The notes: a model not told the origin generated them from the sequence alone. 64,000 nucleotides of DNA from Octopus vulgaris (GCA_951406725.2 OX597815.1:60574001-60638000); one strand, 5' to 3'; counted from the first letter of the stretch, positions 27,685-41,668 are shown. Numbers and translations are program-made.

Positions 27685-28217
27685 GAAGACAGAGAGCGAG
27701 AAAGACAGCGAATATTAAACGAAGAGAAACGGATATAAAGGTATATGACTAGGATTTAAATATGATATATATAGAGAGGGGGAGAGAGATAAAAAGCAGT
27801 GACAATAAATACATATACGTGTGCACACACACACACAGACACACATATGCCAGTACATACTCACGCATATACGCAAACACACACGCACACATAGGTATAC
27901 ATGCATATGTGCATGTCTTCATGTATGAGTGAAGGTGCGTACAGGCAATGAAGCATTTGCAAGTACGTGCAGACAAACTGAATACAGTCAGTTATGCAAT
28001 TACGTGCAAACTTATGAATATATGTGGATACACAAATGCATCCATGTGTAGATATGTACACACACACACTCACTGACAAAATAACATAAATGTATACGTG
28101 TATTTGTGTATTCCTGTAAACATACATTCCTATATATGTGTGTGCATGTATACGTATGTATGTATTATGTATATATGTATGTATGTATGTATCTATCTAT
28201 CTATCTATCTACCTATC

Positions 28218-28289
<72 letters not shown>

Positions 28290-28303
28290 TGTATGTATGT
28301 ATG

Positions 28304-28382
<79 letters not shown>

Positions 28383-28517
28383 GTTAATATCAGCAAATGT
28401 ATATAACGCTTCTCACATGCGTATGCATCAGAGTGAAATATGAAAAAGCAGTTTGAGTGCAGATATAGAGCAGTCTCTTAAAAAATGCCGAAATATACTC
28501 GCATAAATGCAAATCGA

Positions 28518-28601
<84 letters not shown>

Positions 28602-28876
28602 AGAACAACAATAACACAATAACAACAACAATGAGAAAAAGAGGAACAGATAAACATAATAATGAATAAGCTTAAATGTTTTTCCGTTTCCATCTAATAT
28701 TTACTTCTTTTAAATACTTTTAACGCTTATAATGTCTCTATTTCTTAATTCGTATGCAGCATACGAATGCTCATATATTTGTGTGTGCGTGTATGTATGT
28801 ATGCACGTGTGTGTGTATATGCACGTGTGTGTGTGCATGCACGTATGTGTGTATGCATGCGTGTGTGTGTATGCAC

Positions 28877-28918
<42 letters not shown>

Positions 28919-29270
28919 GTTTTTATATATATGTATTTATATATATATATATATATATATATAAATATATATATGATATATACACATGATGTATATGTAA
29001 ATATATATGTATACATATATGTCTATATATATGTATATATGAATAGATATATATTACACATATATATATGTATATATATATACATATACATATCTATATA
29101 TGTATATATATATATATCTATATATATATGTATATATACGTATATATATATATATATATACACACATATATATATATGTACACACACACACACACATATA
29201 TATATAATCGACTCTTGGTACTTAAAGCAGGACATGGAATTTTAAAAATCGAAGAAATATAATTGCTCCA

Positions 29271-29309
<39 letters not shown>

Positions 29310-29316
<7 letters not shown>

Positions 29317-29805
29317 TTTCTCTACATAAATTTCTTTATATGGAACTTTGGCATCTCTTTCACCCCTATTTCTATAAATAGAAAATCTTTGTTGTTTCCT
29401 TTCATTTGTCCTTTTCTCTCAGAACCTTACAGTAGTTCAGACCAACTGAATTTTAGTCAGTCAGTTGATAAGCTCCACTACCTCAAATGTTCTTAAAATT
29501 TAAATCCACATCTTTGTTTATATATCTACTTTCTCTATAATGTTACCACTTGATACGAAAATTATGTATTAATGGAAAACCTCTAGTAATGGCTGATGAG
29601 TGCTCAGCATTTTAAAACTGTTGTAATACTCACAACATTTAATAAAATGATGTAGTGCGAAACGATCGTACCAAATTACCGAAGTTATTCTTGTTGCTTA
29701 TTTTGATTATAATCACCCCATAGATTTATATGGATAACACCATACAGAATCCTGGTGCATCTAACTTAAGTACCATATTCATTTGAATCTAAATTATACT
29801 GAACT
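29310..29805 (+). mobile_element. Solo PLE 3' terminal repeat in (TA)n
   Basis: Reverse-complement similarity to 52565-52930, the 3' end of the RT/GIY-YIG element; contains a hammerhead. Confidence 0.8.
29590..29673 (+). ncRNA. Type I hammerhead ribozyme
   Basis: UGG CUGAUGA GUGCU...AGUGC GAAAC GAUC GUA CCA; palindromic stem III ACGAUCGU. Confidence 0.75.
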
Positions 29806-30107
29806 TATATTTATATATATATATATATATATGTATATAATGTGTACAATATGTATATGTATAATACTGCCCTCATTCCAGTAGTTTCTAAAAGAAATGA
29901 TCTTTTTTTTTTATCAAAATAAGACCTGTTATGTATAAACATCGATAAAAGTTTGACATGCATTGCATGCCTTGCATTCATGGACGAAGCACCACTGATA
30001 TACATGTGTATATATACTACATACATATATATATACGTAAATTTCTACATATACATATATATATGTATATATGTATATATGTAATATAATATATATATAT
30101 ATATATT

Positions 30108-30808
30108 TATTATTTTGAGGGTACTACTATTCGTAGACACCAACACGCTAAGAGGGACCAATGCGGTCAAAACTACTAAAATAAACAAAATTTTACCGAA
30201 TGCAAAACTTCAAAACACATCATTTTAAAAAAGAATTCAGTTACATATCACATGTGATTTCGCATTTAATGCAGAATATGCATTTCATGTTCGTCAGTGC
30301 AACAAACTCAAGAAATATAAGAGAAAACATAACATTACAAGCTCGATAGCCAACCGTAGAATTCGTCGTAGCATGTACGAATGTTTATCTTTACATATCT
30401 ATGAAAATGGCGGGCTTATTCGCAATGCATTTCGGTAACAAATTGTCTAGTCGGAATAAAAATTCAGTATTGAACTATTCCGGTGAAAAATATAAATTAA
30501 CAATTGAGGATAAAATCTTTAAAAGAAATTATCAGTAGTCAGCGTGAAAAACCTCGTAAGAGAAAAAATCCGTAAAATCTTCCTCTTTGAAAATATTCAT
30601 TTATATTATATTGAGGGTACTACTATTCGTAGATACCAACACGCTAAGAGGGACCAATGCGGTCAAAACTACTAAAATAAACAAAATTTTACCGAATGCA
30701 AAACTTTTACCGAATGCAAAACAGAGGAAGATTTAACGGATTTTTTCTCTTACGAGGTTTTTCACGCTGACTACTGATAATTTCTTTTAAAGATTTTATC
30801 CTCAATTG

Positions 30809-30813
<5 letters not shown>
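30108..30813 (-). mobile_element. PLE-type terminal-repeat element with direct and inverted repeats in (TA)n
   Basis: Direct repeat about 30112-30209 / 30608-30705; inverted repeat about 30495-30586 / 30723-30813; hammerhead on minus. Confidence 0.7.
30240..30303 (-). ncRNA. Type I hammerhead ribozyme
   Basis: GUUGCA CUGACGA ACAU..AUGCAuauucUGCAU..AUGC GAAA UCACAUGUGAUA UGUAAC; 6-bp stem I; palindromic stem III AUCACAUGUGAU. Confidence 0.75.
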
Positions 30814-30883
<70 letters not shown>

Positions 30884-31537
30884 CATACACATCTATATAC
30901 ACACACATATGTATAATTATAGAAATATATATGAGTAAATATATATATGTTTATGTATATATATATATATATGTGTGTGTGTGTTTATATATATGTATAT
31001 ATATCTTTACCTATGTATTTACCTACATTTATCTTTACCTATGTATCTATATGATAATATATAGACACATACACTCACACAGACATGCATTCGCATATAT
31101 ATATGTACGTTTCTGTGTGTGTATGTGTGTGCGCGTGTGTGTGTGTGTTTACTAAGCATTTATTCACAGCTCTGCGTGTATTAAATTATATTAATTAATC
31201 GTGTTCTGGAAATAATTATTTAATTAACCACATTACTGATAAATACATCTTATGCAAATTAGTTAAGTCATTACAGCTAAGTTCTGTTTCGCATTTTATT
31301 ATTTTATTTATATAGCATCTTTCAATATATTCTCTCCGTTCATATACACATTAGGTATATATGTGGCCAGATAAATGAGGGTCCACGTTCAAAAAACTAT
31401 AAATATATTGCGATTATCTCTTGTTTTTCAGTGTGCAGAAGTTATAATAATGCATATTTGCACATCCTTAAAGTTCTAGAACAAACAATTTCAAAGACGC
31501 AGTTTAACGACATAAATTTTATTTTCACTTTATAATA

Positions 31538-31659
31538 TACTAGCAGTATAACCCGGCCTTGCCCGGGATTAACTTACGATTATTAAGCTAATCAAGTTCT
31601 TTATTTCAAACCAAACTAAGTAATATCGACGTCAAATTTGGGCGAAATCCGTTGAAATT

Positions 31660-31662
<3 letters not shown>
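31538..31662. mobile_element. Possible non-autonomous Helitron-type terminus
   Basis: tactagcagtataacccggccttgcccggg: CTAG next to a GC hairpin. Confidence 0.4.
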
Positions 31663-31696
<34 letters not shown>

Positions 31697-31714
31697 TAAC
31701 TCCAATATATATAT

Positions 31715-31853
31715 ACGACGGTGGAGTTACGATTTCAGGAGGACGATTGGGATCACATGGATGAGAAAGGCGCGATCCAGAGGAGTGGACAGCGTTCTGT
31801 GACCAGCGGTGTCAAATGGACGCCTGACGAACTGGTCGGTCAAGGTGATCAAG

Positions 31854-31857
<4 letters not shown>
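31715..31857 (+). mobile_element. RTE-type LINE extreme 3' end in (TA)n
   Basis: RRWSYDFRRTIGITWMRKARSRGVD-like C-terminus, ending in tandem tcaaggtga repeats. Confidence 0.55.
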
Positions 31858-31907
<50 letters not shown>

Positions 31908-31911
<4 letters not shown>

Positions 31912-32052
31912 TAATATAATATAATATAATATAATATAATATAATATAATATGATATAATATAATATAATATAATATAATATAATATAATATAATATAAT
32001 ATAATATAATATGATATAATATAATATAATATAATATAATATAATATAATAT
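31908..32052. repeat. (ATAAT)n pentanucleotide repeat
   Basis: Directly visible; ATGAT variant at 31951 and 32011. Confidence 0.95.
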
Positions 32053-32813
32053 ACATATACATATATATGTGCAACACACACGAACACACATACACATACG
32101 TACGTACGTAAACCTATTGCATGTTTTTTGCACGCATGTTCATAAACAGAAATGAATAGAAAAAATGTTGGTAAATTTGTAGATCAACACTCGCACGATT
32201 TTCACTTAGAAAAAAAATTGTTTTTTTTTTGCGTGGAATCAACTACTCTGGCCTCCTAATATACTACAAAACCCGTTTTGTGGTCCGTAAAACGGAGTGG
32301 GGTGTGGTGGATGCCTCGGAAATTGTACCCATATATATTGAGTAATTCACTGACAAACTGTTACCTACCTCTTCGTTTCTTTGTTGTTAAATAAATGGAT
32401 TCTCAACAAACCACTTTTTTACTCGGTGTAAAATAAAAACAAAACTCTTTCGCACCCAAAGTAATAAGTTTGTGAGAGAGAGGAGGGGGAGAAAGATGAA
32501 CGATTTAAAATAAATAAATGATTTAAAATAAATATATTGTAATTGTTGTGTGAGAAAGTATATATATACTCTGATTATAAAATATAGTGTCTTTCAAAAA
32601 CATCTTAAATATGAAGACTATATCTCGTGTTTAAGAAAAAAACAAAACATTTTACATTTTATTTTTATAAACGCTATCACTTATACTCTCTCCTTCTCTC
32701 TCTCACTTTGTTTTCCCCTTTTTATGCTAGATGCTGTCAAACTATCTCCCACTCTTCCTTACACATACTTTTTCTTTACTATTTTTGTTAGACGTTGCGA
32801 AACACTCTCCCTC

Positions 32814-32852
<39 letters not shown>

Positions 32853-33534
32853 TACATCAACATACAACTTCTCTCTCCCTCAAACACACACTTTCGCTTG
32901 GCTATGGCTAGAAGGGACTTAACCCATGTTAGCAACCTTCAAAATTAGTAAAAGCTATGGCTGAAAATAGATTTTTATCGGTATCCGCGGGTGCCTCGGG
33001 AAAAATAAGTTGACAAAACTCAGGTAGGATGCTGACAAATGTCCTCCTATAATTGGAGCGACATGCGTGCTAATTTGTGGACGTGCATAAATTACAATCA
33101 CGTACACACACATCATGCCTTTTATATATACAGATAGTGTACTGTACAGTAGATAAAAGTTCAATAATTGATTAGTCACATTACCAATGAATACACTATG
33201 TGTAGGTTAATCTGGTCATTAGAGCTAAAGCCTCGATTGTGCTTGTTTGAAAAAGGATTCGGAGGATTTGTTCTTTGACATGTGGTCAGCATATACATTC
33301 ATATATGTATGTATTTATGCATGTATTTATGTATATATATATATATACTAAGTAATTAAGGGTTTAGCAACGAATTGCCTCACCACACACCGAATTTAGA
33401 AATAGCAGTCAAAGAGTTATAGCTATTCTTTCTACTAAAAGGGAGATCTCAGTAAAAACACAGCACTTGAAAGGCAAACACAGACAGGTAAGAGAGAATG
33501 AAATGACGGCAATCTATCATACAATTTTAAGTCA

Positions 33535-33625
33535 CCTACGGACGTACGTTTCGAAATTAAGTTTTAGGAAAGCATAAGAATTAGATAATTATGTCTTACC
33601 CAACTTCTTTTCTCATCAGCGTAGG
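33535..33625 (-). ncRNA. Type I hammerhead ribozyme (left arm)
   Basis: Exact reverse complement of 33849-33939. Confidence 0.85.
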
Positions 33626-33848
33626 ACACTACAATTATGAATAATTGTATATTAAATTTCGAGATACTAGAAGGCATCATCTCAACTCAGTATCAGAGTG
33701 AGCTAAAGCCGTTACCAGTATCACCAAATTCAAAGTGTGAATGAAAGTTTGTGTCACCAACCCCTTCCCACCAGCGTGTAGCCAAGACAAGATGCTGTGG
33801 TATTCTTTATCTCGAAATTTAATATACAATTATTCATAATTGTAGTGT

Positions 33849-33939
33849 CCTACGCTGATGAGAAAAGAAGTTGGGTAAGACATAATTATCTAATTCTTAT
33901 GCTTTCCTAAAACTTAATTTCGAAACGTACGTCCGTAGG
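33849..33939 (+). ncRNA. Type I hammerhead ribozyme (right arm)
   Basis: CCUACG CUGAUGA GAAA...UUUC GAAAC GUAC GUC CGUAGG; 6-bp stem I, about 60-nt stem II, palindromic stem III; predicted cut after C33933. Confidence 0.88.
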
Positions 33940-34226
33940 TGACTTAAAATTGTATGATAGATTGCCGTCATTTCATTCTCTCTTACCTGTCTGTGTTTGC
34001 CTTTCAAGTGCTGTGTTTTTACTGAGATCTCCTTTTTAGTAGAAAGAATAGCTATAACTCTTTGACTGCTATTTCTAAATTCGGTGTGTGGTGAGGCAAT
34101 TCGTTGCTAAACCCTTAATTACTTAGTATTACTTAAACTTTCCTCGAATGAGGCTTTTACATGCCGAAATCTACTTGGTGTAATTAATGATTATTCCAAA
34201 TTAATTAATTTCACCCTATATTATTA

Positions 34227-34279
<53 letters not shown>

Positions 34280-34282
34280 TTA

Positions 34283-35569
34283 TTGGGACATCCTAGTATA
34301 GTAAGGTTTTTTCCAGTTGCACGAACTAAAAGTCGGAGGGGAGCAGGATAGGCTACCTGCATCAAAGTCAGAGGGGGACAGGATAAGCTACCTGCATCAA
34401 AGCAGGTAGTAATTTTACTTTGTACTTATTCTTAGTGCAAGTTTTGAAGAATGCTGTTCCATTTTAACAGTTATTTTTTCAAAGCCATAGTAGAAGTGAC
34501 AAAGGAGCATATTCGGTATATTTCGCTTATGAGTTCAATAAAGGCAACAACGCAACGGTAAGTGCGGGGAATATTAATGTAGTATATGGGGATCGGACAA
34601 TAGGCGTAAGCCAGTGTCAACGGTAGTTCCAGAAATTACGATCCGGAAACTATCGCTTTGGAGATGAGCCTCGTCCGGGAAGAACTGTAGAGCTCGACAA
34701 GGACGTCCTGCAAAGCCTGGTTGAATAAAATCCCATTGTAATTGTTGAGGAACTAGCAGTGAAGCTTGGATTTCAACCATTTATCGACACCTGCATGCCA
34801 TCGGAAAAGTCAGCAAATTGGATCAATGGGTTCATCACAAACTTTTCGAGTCTAATCGCGCGCAGACTGAGAATGTGTACTCTTCTTTGCTGTCACGTCT
34901 CCCAAATGAACCTTTTTTGGACCGAATAGCAGCTGGTGACGAGAAATGATTTCTCTATGAAAATGTTAAGCGCCGAAGATAGTGAGTAGGGAAAGGAGGA
35001 ACACCGACATCCCTGGCTAAAGTAGGCCTTCACCCACTTAAGGTGTTGTTACCTGTTTGGTGGGATATAAAAGGTTTAGTCCACTTTGAACTTTTAAACC
35101 CAAACCAAATTATAACAAAGGAGACCTACTGCGAGCAGCTTGAGCGGCTTAAGTCTGCGCAAGAAGAAAAACGACCTACTCGAATGGTGTTCTTCCTTTA
35201 GGATAAAGCTCGGCCACATACAGCGAGGATGACATTCTAAAGGCTGGAGTAGTTTGAATGGAAACGATGCCCCACCCACCATATTCACCGGACATTGCTC
35301 CATCTAATTATCATTTATTCAGCAGTGTTCAAAATTATTTGAACGGAAAAAATATGAATTCTGTAGACGAGGCCAGAAGAGTATTGGAGGAGTATTTTTC
35401 GTCAGGGGCAAGTGAATTTTGGAAGAGGGGTCTTGCAAGTGTACCGGATAGATGGAAAAGTATTGTAGAAACTGAAGGAGAATATATTTTAGATTAAAAA
35501 AGAACGTTGTTTATGTTAATTTTGAAAAATAAAAGTATAAAAACCCGCATTATTTATGGGATAGCCCAA
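34283..35569 (+). mobile_element. Full-length degenerate mariner transposon
   Basis: TIRs ttgggacatcc.. and ..gggatagcccaa flanked by TA; motifs WVHHKL, AGDEK, DKARPH, HPPYSPDIAPSNYHLF; about 1.3 kb. Confidence 0.92.
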
Positions 35570-35580
35570 TATATATTATA

Positions 35581-35642
<62 letters not shown>

Positions 35643-36177
35643 CATCCCATAAATAATGTATGTCAACGACGAAGCATCGATGTCTGTCGCTCCAATATGT
35701 AAGTTGTTTCGCTTATCTATGACTGACCTTCAGGCATATTGAGAATATATTCTCTTACGTCTAAAATGCATCTGACCCACATGCACCTTGCTTCTAATTC
35801 ATTATTGAAACCATTTTGGAAAACACAGCCTGAGGTAGTTCGCGGAGACTCTCGTGGATTCTCGTGACTAAAACAATGAATCAAGGGACGTTATTCTTAG
35901 GTGACATGTTTTGAATGTTGCTCTCTATTGGCTTTGTCTTTTGTGCAAACTGTTGCGTGTTCAATTTGCTTGCACTATTTTGTCTTTAGTTTGGATTTGT
36001 ATTGCTCTTATACTTGTGTGCTGAGGTAGTTCGTCATTGAAGCATATTTCTTCTGTGTGTGGAGTTTGTGTGCTATGTGTGTTCAGATTTCACGTTCAGG
36101 AAAAGGGGCTATCCTGGTGGGATTACCGTCGCATATATGTATGTGTGTATATATATATATATATACACACGCACACG

Positions 36178-36272
<95 letters not shown>

Positions 36273-36313
36273 ATATACATACAAATGTATGTATGTTCTT
36301 TTTCAAATAACAC

Positions 36314-37240
36314 GGGAAAAATAAATAAACAGTAACCAGAGTAGCAAAAATTCGCACAAGTAACAAGGACATAACAGTCTATTTATAAAGGCAGAAACTC
36401 CATGTTTAGGTGAAATGTTTTGTATAATATAAATTAATGAATGGAGTTAAACGCAGGTGTTATTCAAATTCTTTTACTTCTTACATATGTTTCGAAGACA
36501 ACATTAGTATTATTCCAGAAGAAATATTATGGTATAAAACAGTGCAATCTTCTCATCAGGAAAAGAAAGAAACAAACCAAACACATCAATAAGACATTTT
36601 AACAGGATGTGATGACTGTGTATATGATGAAAGGAACGCTATCGATTTTTTTTTTAAAAAAACATTAGTAGATATAATGTCAAAATTAGTTTATAGAAAG
36701 CGGAGGAGGAGAAAGAAAGAAATGAGCAGAAAACTAATAGTGGAGAGATATAGAGCGATAGGTGAATTATAATAACGTTTAAAGGCATGGAAATAGATAT
36801 AATTAGTGTAATTGAAATATAAGAAGATAGTCAAAGATCGAATTTTATAGAATGGTAGAAATCACTTATAGGAACTAAAGGTATGTTTCTGTTAATGTTT
36901 GCAAAGATAAACGCGTTCTATAAACGTGTTTACAAGGGGGTTCTTTGAGAATAGGATAAAAAAACAGTCCACTACTGTAAAGCTAGCAAAAAGATTTACC
37001 TTTGTCATACGGTAAAGAAAGGGAAAGAATATTCCATTCCAAATTAAATTGTTTATTATGATATTTTAGATACCAGATTAATTTACTAACCCCAGTATTG
37101 TAGAGTAATGATTAGATATTCTTTTGGACAACTGAGATGAAGAACTACTTATATAAAAAAAGACAAATCATCGCCCGAAAGAATGGCTCTCATGTTCTTA
37201 GTTAAGTTCATTTTTGTTACGTGTCTTCACGCTGTTAACT
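36314..37240 (-). mobile_element. PLE 3' fragment (GIY-YIG remnant plus terminal repeat)
   Basis: Minus-strand FFYISSS..QLSKRISNHYS resembles LYFGCSVDLKRRLNNHFS of 53442-54278; hammerhead downstream. Confidence 0.6.
36476..36565 (-). ncRNA. Type I hammerhead ribozyme (weak stem I)
   Basis: CUGAUGA GAAGA...UCUUC GAAAC AUAU GUA; palindromic stem III ACAUAUGU. Confidence 0.65.
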
Positions 37241-37244
37241 CATC

Positions 37245-40200
37245 TGCCTAAGTGCCCTTTGGAATTACAGGCAAAGTATGACGAAAGACTCTTGTGAGTA
37301 CAGTGGTAACCCCGCCCATTAATAATTTAGAATTTCTTAAATGTTGTAAGCTTCGATTCAGAGCTTCCAAAGACTTTTTGTTGGCCATTGTACATTCATC
37401 CCAAATAATGGGATGACACTTCTTTAGTATTTGTCCCATCCCAGAGGATTTGCTAATATTACAAGTTGGTGTCTCAATGCCAGCTATATTCAAGGGTAAT
37501 TTGAAAGTAGAGTGAGCTGTTCTTCCTCCCGCGTGTAAAGTAGCAACAATACCTAAAGAAGCAACAACCAAAGCTATTTTTCCCTCTTGCCGCACTTCAG
37601 CAAGTAAAAGTTTAGTGATAAATGTTTTTCCAGTTCCTGCGGGAGCATCAAGAAAATAAAAGCCCTCCCATTTGATCAAAAACCCTTTCTAGGATAGTAT
37701 TGTAGAATACTTTTTGTTCAAGCAACAATTTCGGTTCATTTTCACTAACATATCATTTAATAGATATGTTGTTAAACTATCAAGTTCAGAAAGTTCTGAG
37801 GAAATCCATACTCATGCAATTCATTCCCTTTCGTAGGAGCAACCGTATCTTCAATGGCAATTAATGCGGTATTGTAGATTTCGTCACTGTATTCTATTTT
37901 TGTGCCAGGATCCTGTAATTGTATCTGGTATTTGTAATCTTCCGCAAAATAATTTCTGTATCTTAGCCATATTGATGCTAGATCCCCTAAATAACAGTAT
38001 TTAAGGAGAATAGTAAGCAGTGTTCTTAAATTACCTCCTCTGCAAGACACAGAAGCCTCTCACATAGCTGCCATCCAATTCCTATCATCTTCTAACAAAC
38101 CTAACCTAAAAGCTGCTTCTCTATTAGAAGCATGAATATAACCATCAACAGTTCAAAGTCGATAAAAGATGAGGGACCACGAATTTCATGGAGAAGCAAA
38201 CGTAAGTAAAAACATTCCTGCTGAGTATACAGAACATTCTCAAATCGGATATCAGGATATCCATCAGTGTCTCTTTTTCTGCGATTCCATTGTTTGCTGT
38301 TCTACGTATATGATGGTAATTGATAGTACAGCAGGGTTTTAGCGAAAGAGTCTTTCCGGCAAAGTTTGAAAAATGCTGCTCAAGTTTCTCTTGAGCAGCA
38401 GCTTCTGTAGTGAAATATATTCCTTGCCCATTCTCTAAATGAACAAGGAGTTGTTTCACTGGAGGATATCGTTCATGAATAGGGAAGCCAAATATCCTCC
38501 AAAAAGGTTCATTGCAGAAAATATACCACCCCATTTGAAAGTGTGTCACTTCATCTTGAAACGTCTTTTGTTGAAGGATGAACATTGTACCATCAGAACC
38601 CTTATTAACATATTTACAAATGTGCTTAATTGATTTTATAGAATTATAATATTCAACATTTATGTGAGCATTGAATGTCTTAGACAAAAGAGGGCAGTAA
38701 GACACTATCCATTGATTACCAGTTGTATGGTGACCAATTTTGTTTCAAAACCTCCATCTTGTGATGTCCTTCTTCTGTATGATGAATATCCATCATTATC
38801 CGTTTGAGTTTCTTTAATGAAATATTTAGGATAATGTTTCGTACACTTCTTGTCTTTTATGCAAAATGCAGTTGGTTTGAGGTCACCACAAGGGCCATGA
38901 ACCATGTTCCATTTTACAATTTCAAATAGATCTTTGTCTTTTATGAGGTTTGGAATTTCTGCTGAGATTATGGAATCAATCTCATCAGTTTGAATTTTCT
39001 GAAAAAGCCAGATTAATATATGTGTGTGAGGTAGGCCTCTTTTTGCCATTCAATGGTATACATGTAGCAACATACTGGTCAAAATATGTAAAACCTAGTT
39101 ATGAAGTCCATCAATTCCAAAACCTTGTGATGGATGAAAAACTCTTGCAGTTAAGTCGTGTCTGTTGATGTATAATAGTCCTGCTTGGGTTCAGCTTGGG
39201 TTTCGTTTCATTTAGGATTAGAAGTAAAAGTGGTGAAAAGATCAGGACGTCCATAATTACGCACATAAGTCATGGCATCCTGTGTCCTCTCGTGCATATA
39301 TCTTGGGCTTCCTGTAAAACTGGATGGGAGAATACAAAGTTGTCGAAGCCCTGTCCCACTAATATCATTGTTAATGACATCTCGTAAATACACGTACGAT
39401 TCTGAACGTAGTTCTTTTTGCTGCATTTTTATGTAGCACAAACTCTCCGACTCTCTTTTGCTATACATATCAATCTACAGGTAAAAAAGATCTTGGTAAT
39501 AGTGAAGATGATTAAACAAATTACTTCGAATCATCAGTCGATGAACATAATAATCCACATAGGATACAGTTCTTTTGGAAGTGATTCCTCGAACTCGTGG
39601 TATACCAAAGTGATATCCATCTCCGTTAACAAAAAGCAAGGGTTATTGTAAAGCATCATATGAACGATGAGATTCATTTATGAACGTGACGCTATTGTGA
39701 CGATACTTCAAAACAATATCTCGTTTACCATGTTGTTCTCCAATCAAAATAATTACCACGTCATTACACTCAGGAGCATTGAATTAACGGACATGTTCTC
39801 CTGCTGGTGTTTTGTCGGCATCGATGACAACTTGAAAATATTCTAAAGCATACTGAAAGCTTCTCACATAAGAATTCTTTTCGTGAAACATTTCTTACAG
39901 CTTAAAAGTAAGTTCTAATCTTGTACCTGGATAATTCTTGTTCCAACATTATGCTTCCTTTATGAACGTCACCTATAAAATATATTTTCAAAAATTGTTG
40001 TAGATCTTTATTCTGTAAACACTTAAGAGAGCTAATTCTGTCATAAATTTGTCCTTGCACTTAAAAAGTCGGCATAAATCCACTTTCCCTAATAATTTTT
40101 GCCCCAAATGATGTCATTTGAAAAGAATAATTGTATGCTCGAATATTTTAAAGAAAGTGTTTTGATTCTGAAGAGGTACCCCAAAAAAGACATTTTATAA

Positions 40201-41400
40201 ATTCTGGAGGCTCAATTATTGGTAAATGGACTTTACCTTTAGAACAACATATACCTAATGCTTCCGTGTTCTACTTCCTAGCACCACACCTTTCCCATGT
40301 TTTGCACATAGAGCCCAGGGAGATAATTTTTTCAGATGCATAGTTACGATTAGGATCATAATTAAATGCTACACCTTGCCATTGAAATCGTCTATACTTT
40401 TTCTGCTGATTTTCTCTGGAAAGCTTTCTATTTTTTAGTCGTATTTTTCTGTCGCTTTCACTTTCTTGTTTTCAATTTATTCTATTTTTTTCTCTCCTTT
40501 TTAGCAATCATATTTCTTTGTCTTGCTTATTTTTTTGTACTTTTTTAAATTTCTATAATTTTCCTTGTTTCTCTACAATCTCATTTCCCTATCTTTATTA
40601 CCTTCTTGTTCTCTTGTCCTCCTCTCATATTCCCTCATTTTATGGAACCTAACTTTCCGATGATTTTTATTTTCTTCTACTGTTTTCATATTAAGTGTTT
40701 GAATTCTCATTCTTTTGTCTTTTTTACTGTCTGGTGATATTTCATTTCCTTCAACATTCCTTTCATGCACATGATTGTTTATGGAAAAGAGAGCATCATT
40801 GTAGCCGTTGTCAATTTCGCCACTATATAGCACATAAATCTTCCTTTCTGTAAATGTTCGACCGCAAAAGGTGAACAGAGGAATAATAATTTCATGGTCA
40901 TTTTTGTAATGAACCTGAATGGCGACATTGTACAATTCGTTAATGGCAACTAATTCAACATTACGGCCGCATGTTCCATCCCTACTCATGTATGCTTGGT
41001 GTTCCTGCCTTGTACTATTCGGGATAAAACAACGAAAATACCTCCAATTATTGCATATGTATCATATGGACTCTTCCTGAAAAGTTCAGTAATTTCTGTT
41101 GTTTTTGAGCTAGAGTGACACAGCTCTGAACATACAGTTACCATCACCCATATTTTTTTTACAGGGTTGAATTAATAAATTAATGTAATTGTGGAATATT
41201 TTTCAATAAATTCAGTAAGGGATTTCACCTTCAGTTTAAACTTTAGATAGTTTTGTGAACGGAACATTACAACACGAAAAGGGATGATACCAAGTGATAG
41301 CAATTTCCCCTTTAGAAATCTGTCTTTCTAACTTTGCGATAGATGAATGAGAGATTATAATATTGTAAATAATAAAAACGAAATTAATAAGATGCTTCAC
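37245..41400 (-). mobile_element. Degenerate Helitron (OTU-like, Zn, Rep, PIF1 helicase), helicase truncated
   Basis: Helicase FLDAPAGTGKTF, GGRTAHSTFKLP, IIWDECTM; Rep KRGLPHTHILIW, HINVEY, KYVNKGSD; LPSSFTGSPRYM; GICCSKGKVHLP; OTU-like ORF 40573-40989. Confidence 0.93.
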
Positions 41401-41617
41401 CTTCAATGTTGACTGGAAACGTCGTCTTTGTGAAAAGAAAAATGATTTGACTCTAAGTATTTAGCAGACGATAACTTCTTTATCGTCTGTTCATAAATGG
41501 AAAAGAAAATTGACTACTTCGGTTGTTCAAATACTTATCTATAGATTTGCGAGTGTGTGTATGTGTGTGTGTTACTGAGAGAGACAGAGACAGAGAGAAA
41601 CAGACTGATACAAAGAC

Positions 41618-41668
<51 letters not shown>

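Larger units (their letters stand above)
33345..34230. mobile_element. Young foldback PLE-type element in (TA)n with two hammerheads
   Basis: Arms 33345-33666 and 33808-34129 (322 bp, one mismatch noticed); 141-bp spacer; 100-bp unpaired extension to (TA)n. Confidence 0.85.

Noticed and set aside
32140-33300. Possible host exon or conserved regulatory element
   Set aside because: No convincing ORF, splice pattern or terminal repeats by eye; needs alignment data
30108-34230. CRISPR-like array or prokaryotic system
   Set aside because: No regularly spaced repeats with unique spacers and no cas or other prokaryotic genes; eukaryotic repeat context
35637-35660. Separate mariner element
   Set aside because: Only a lone TIR-like 22-mer; no transposase or partner TIR found
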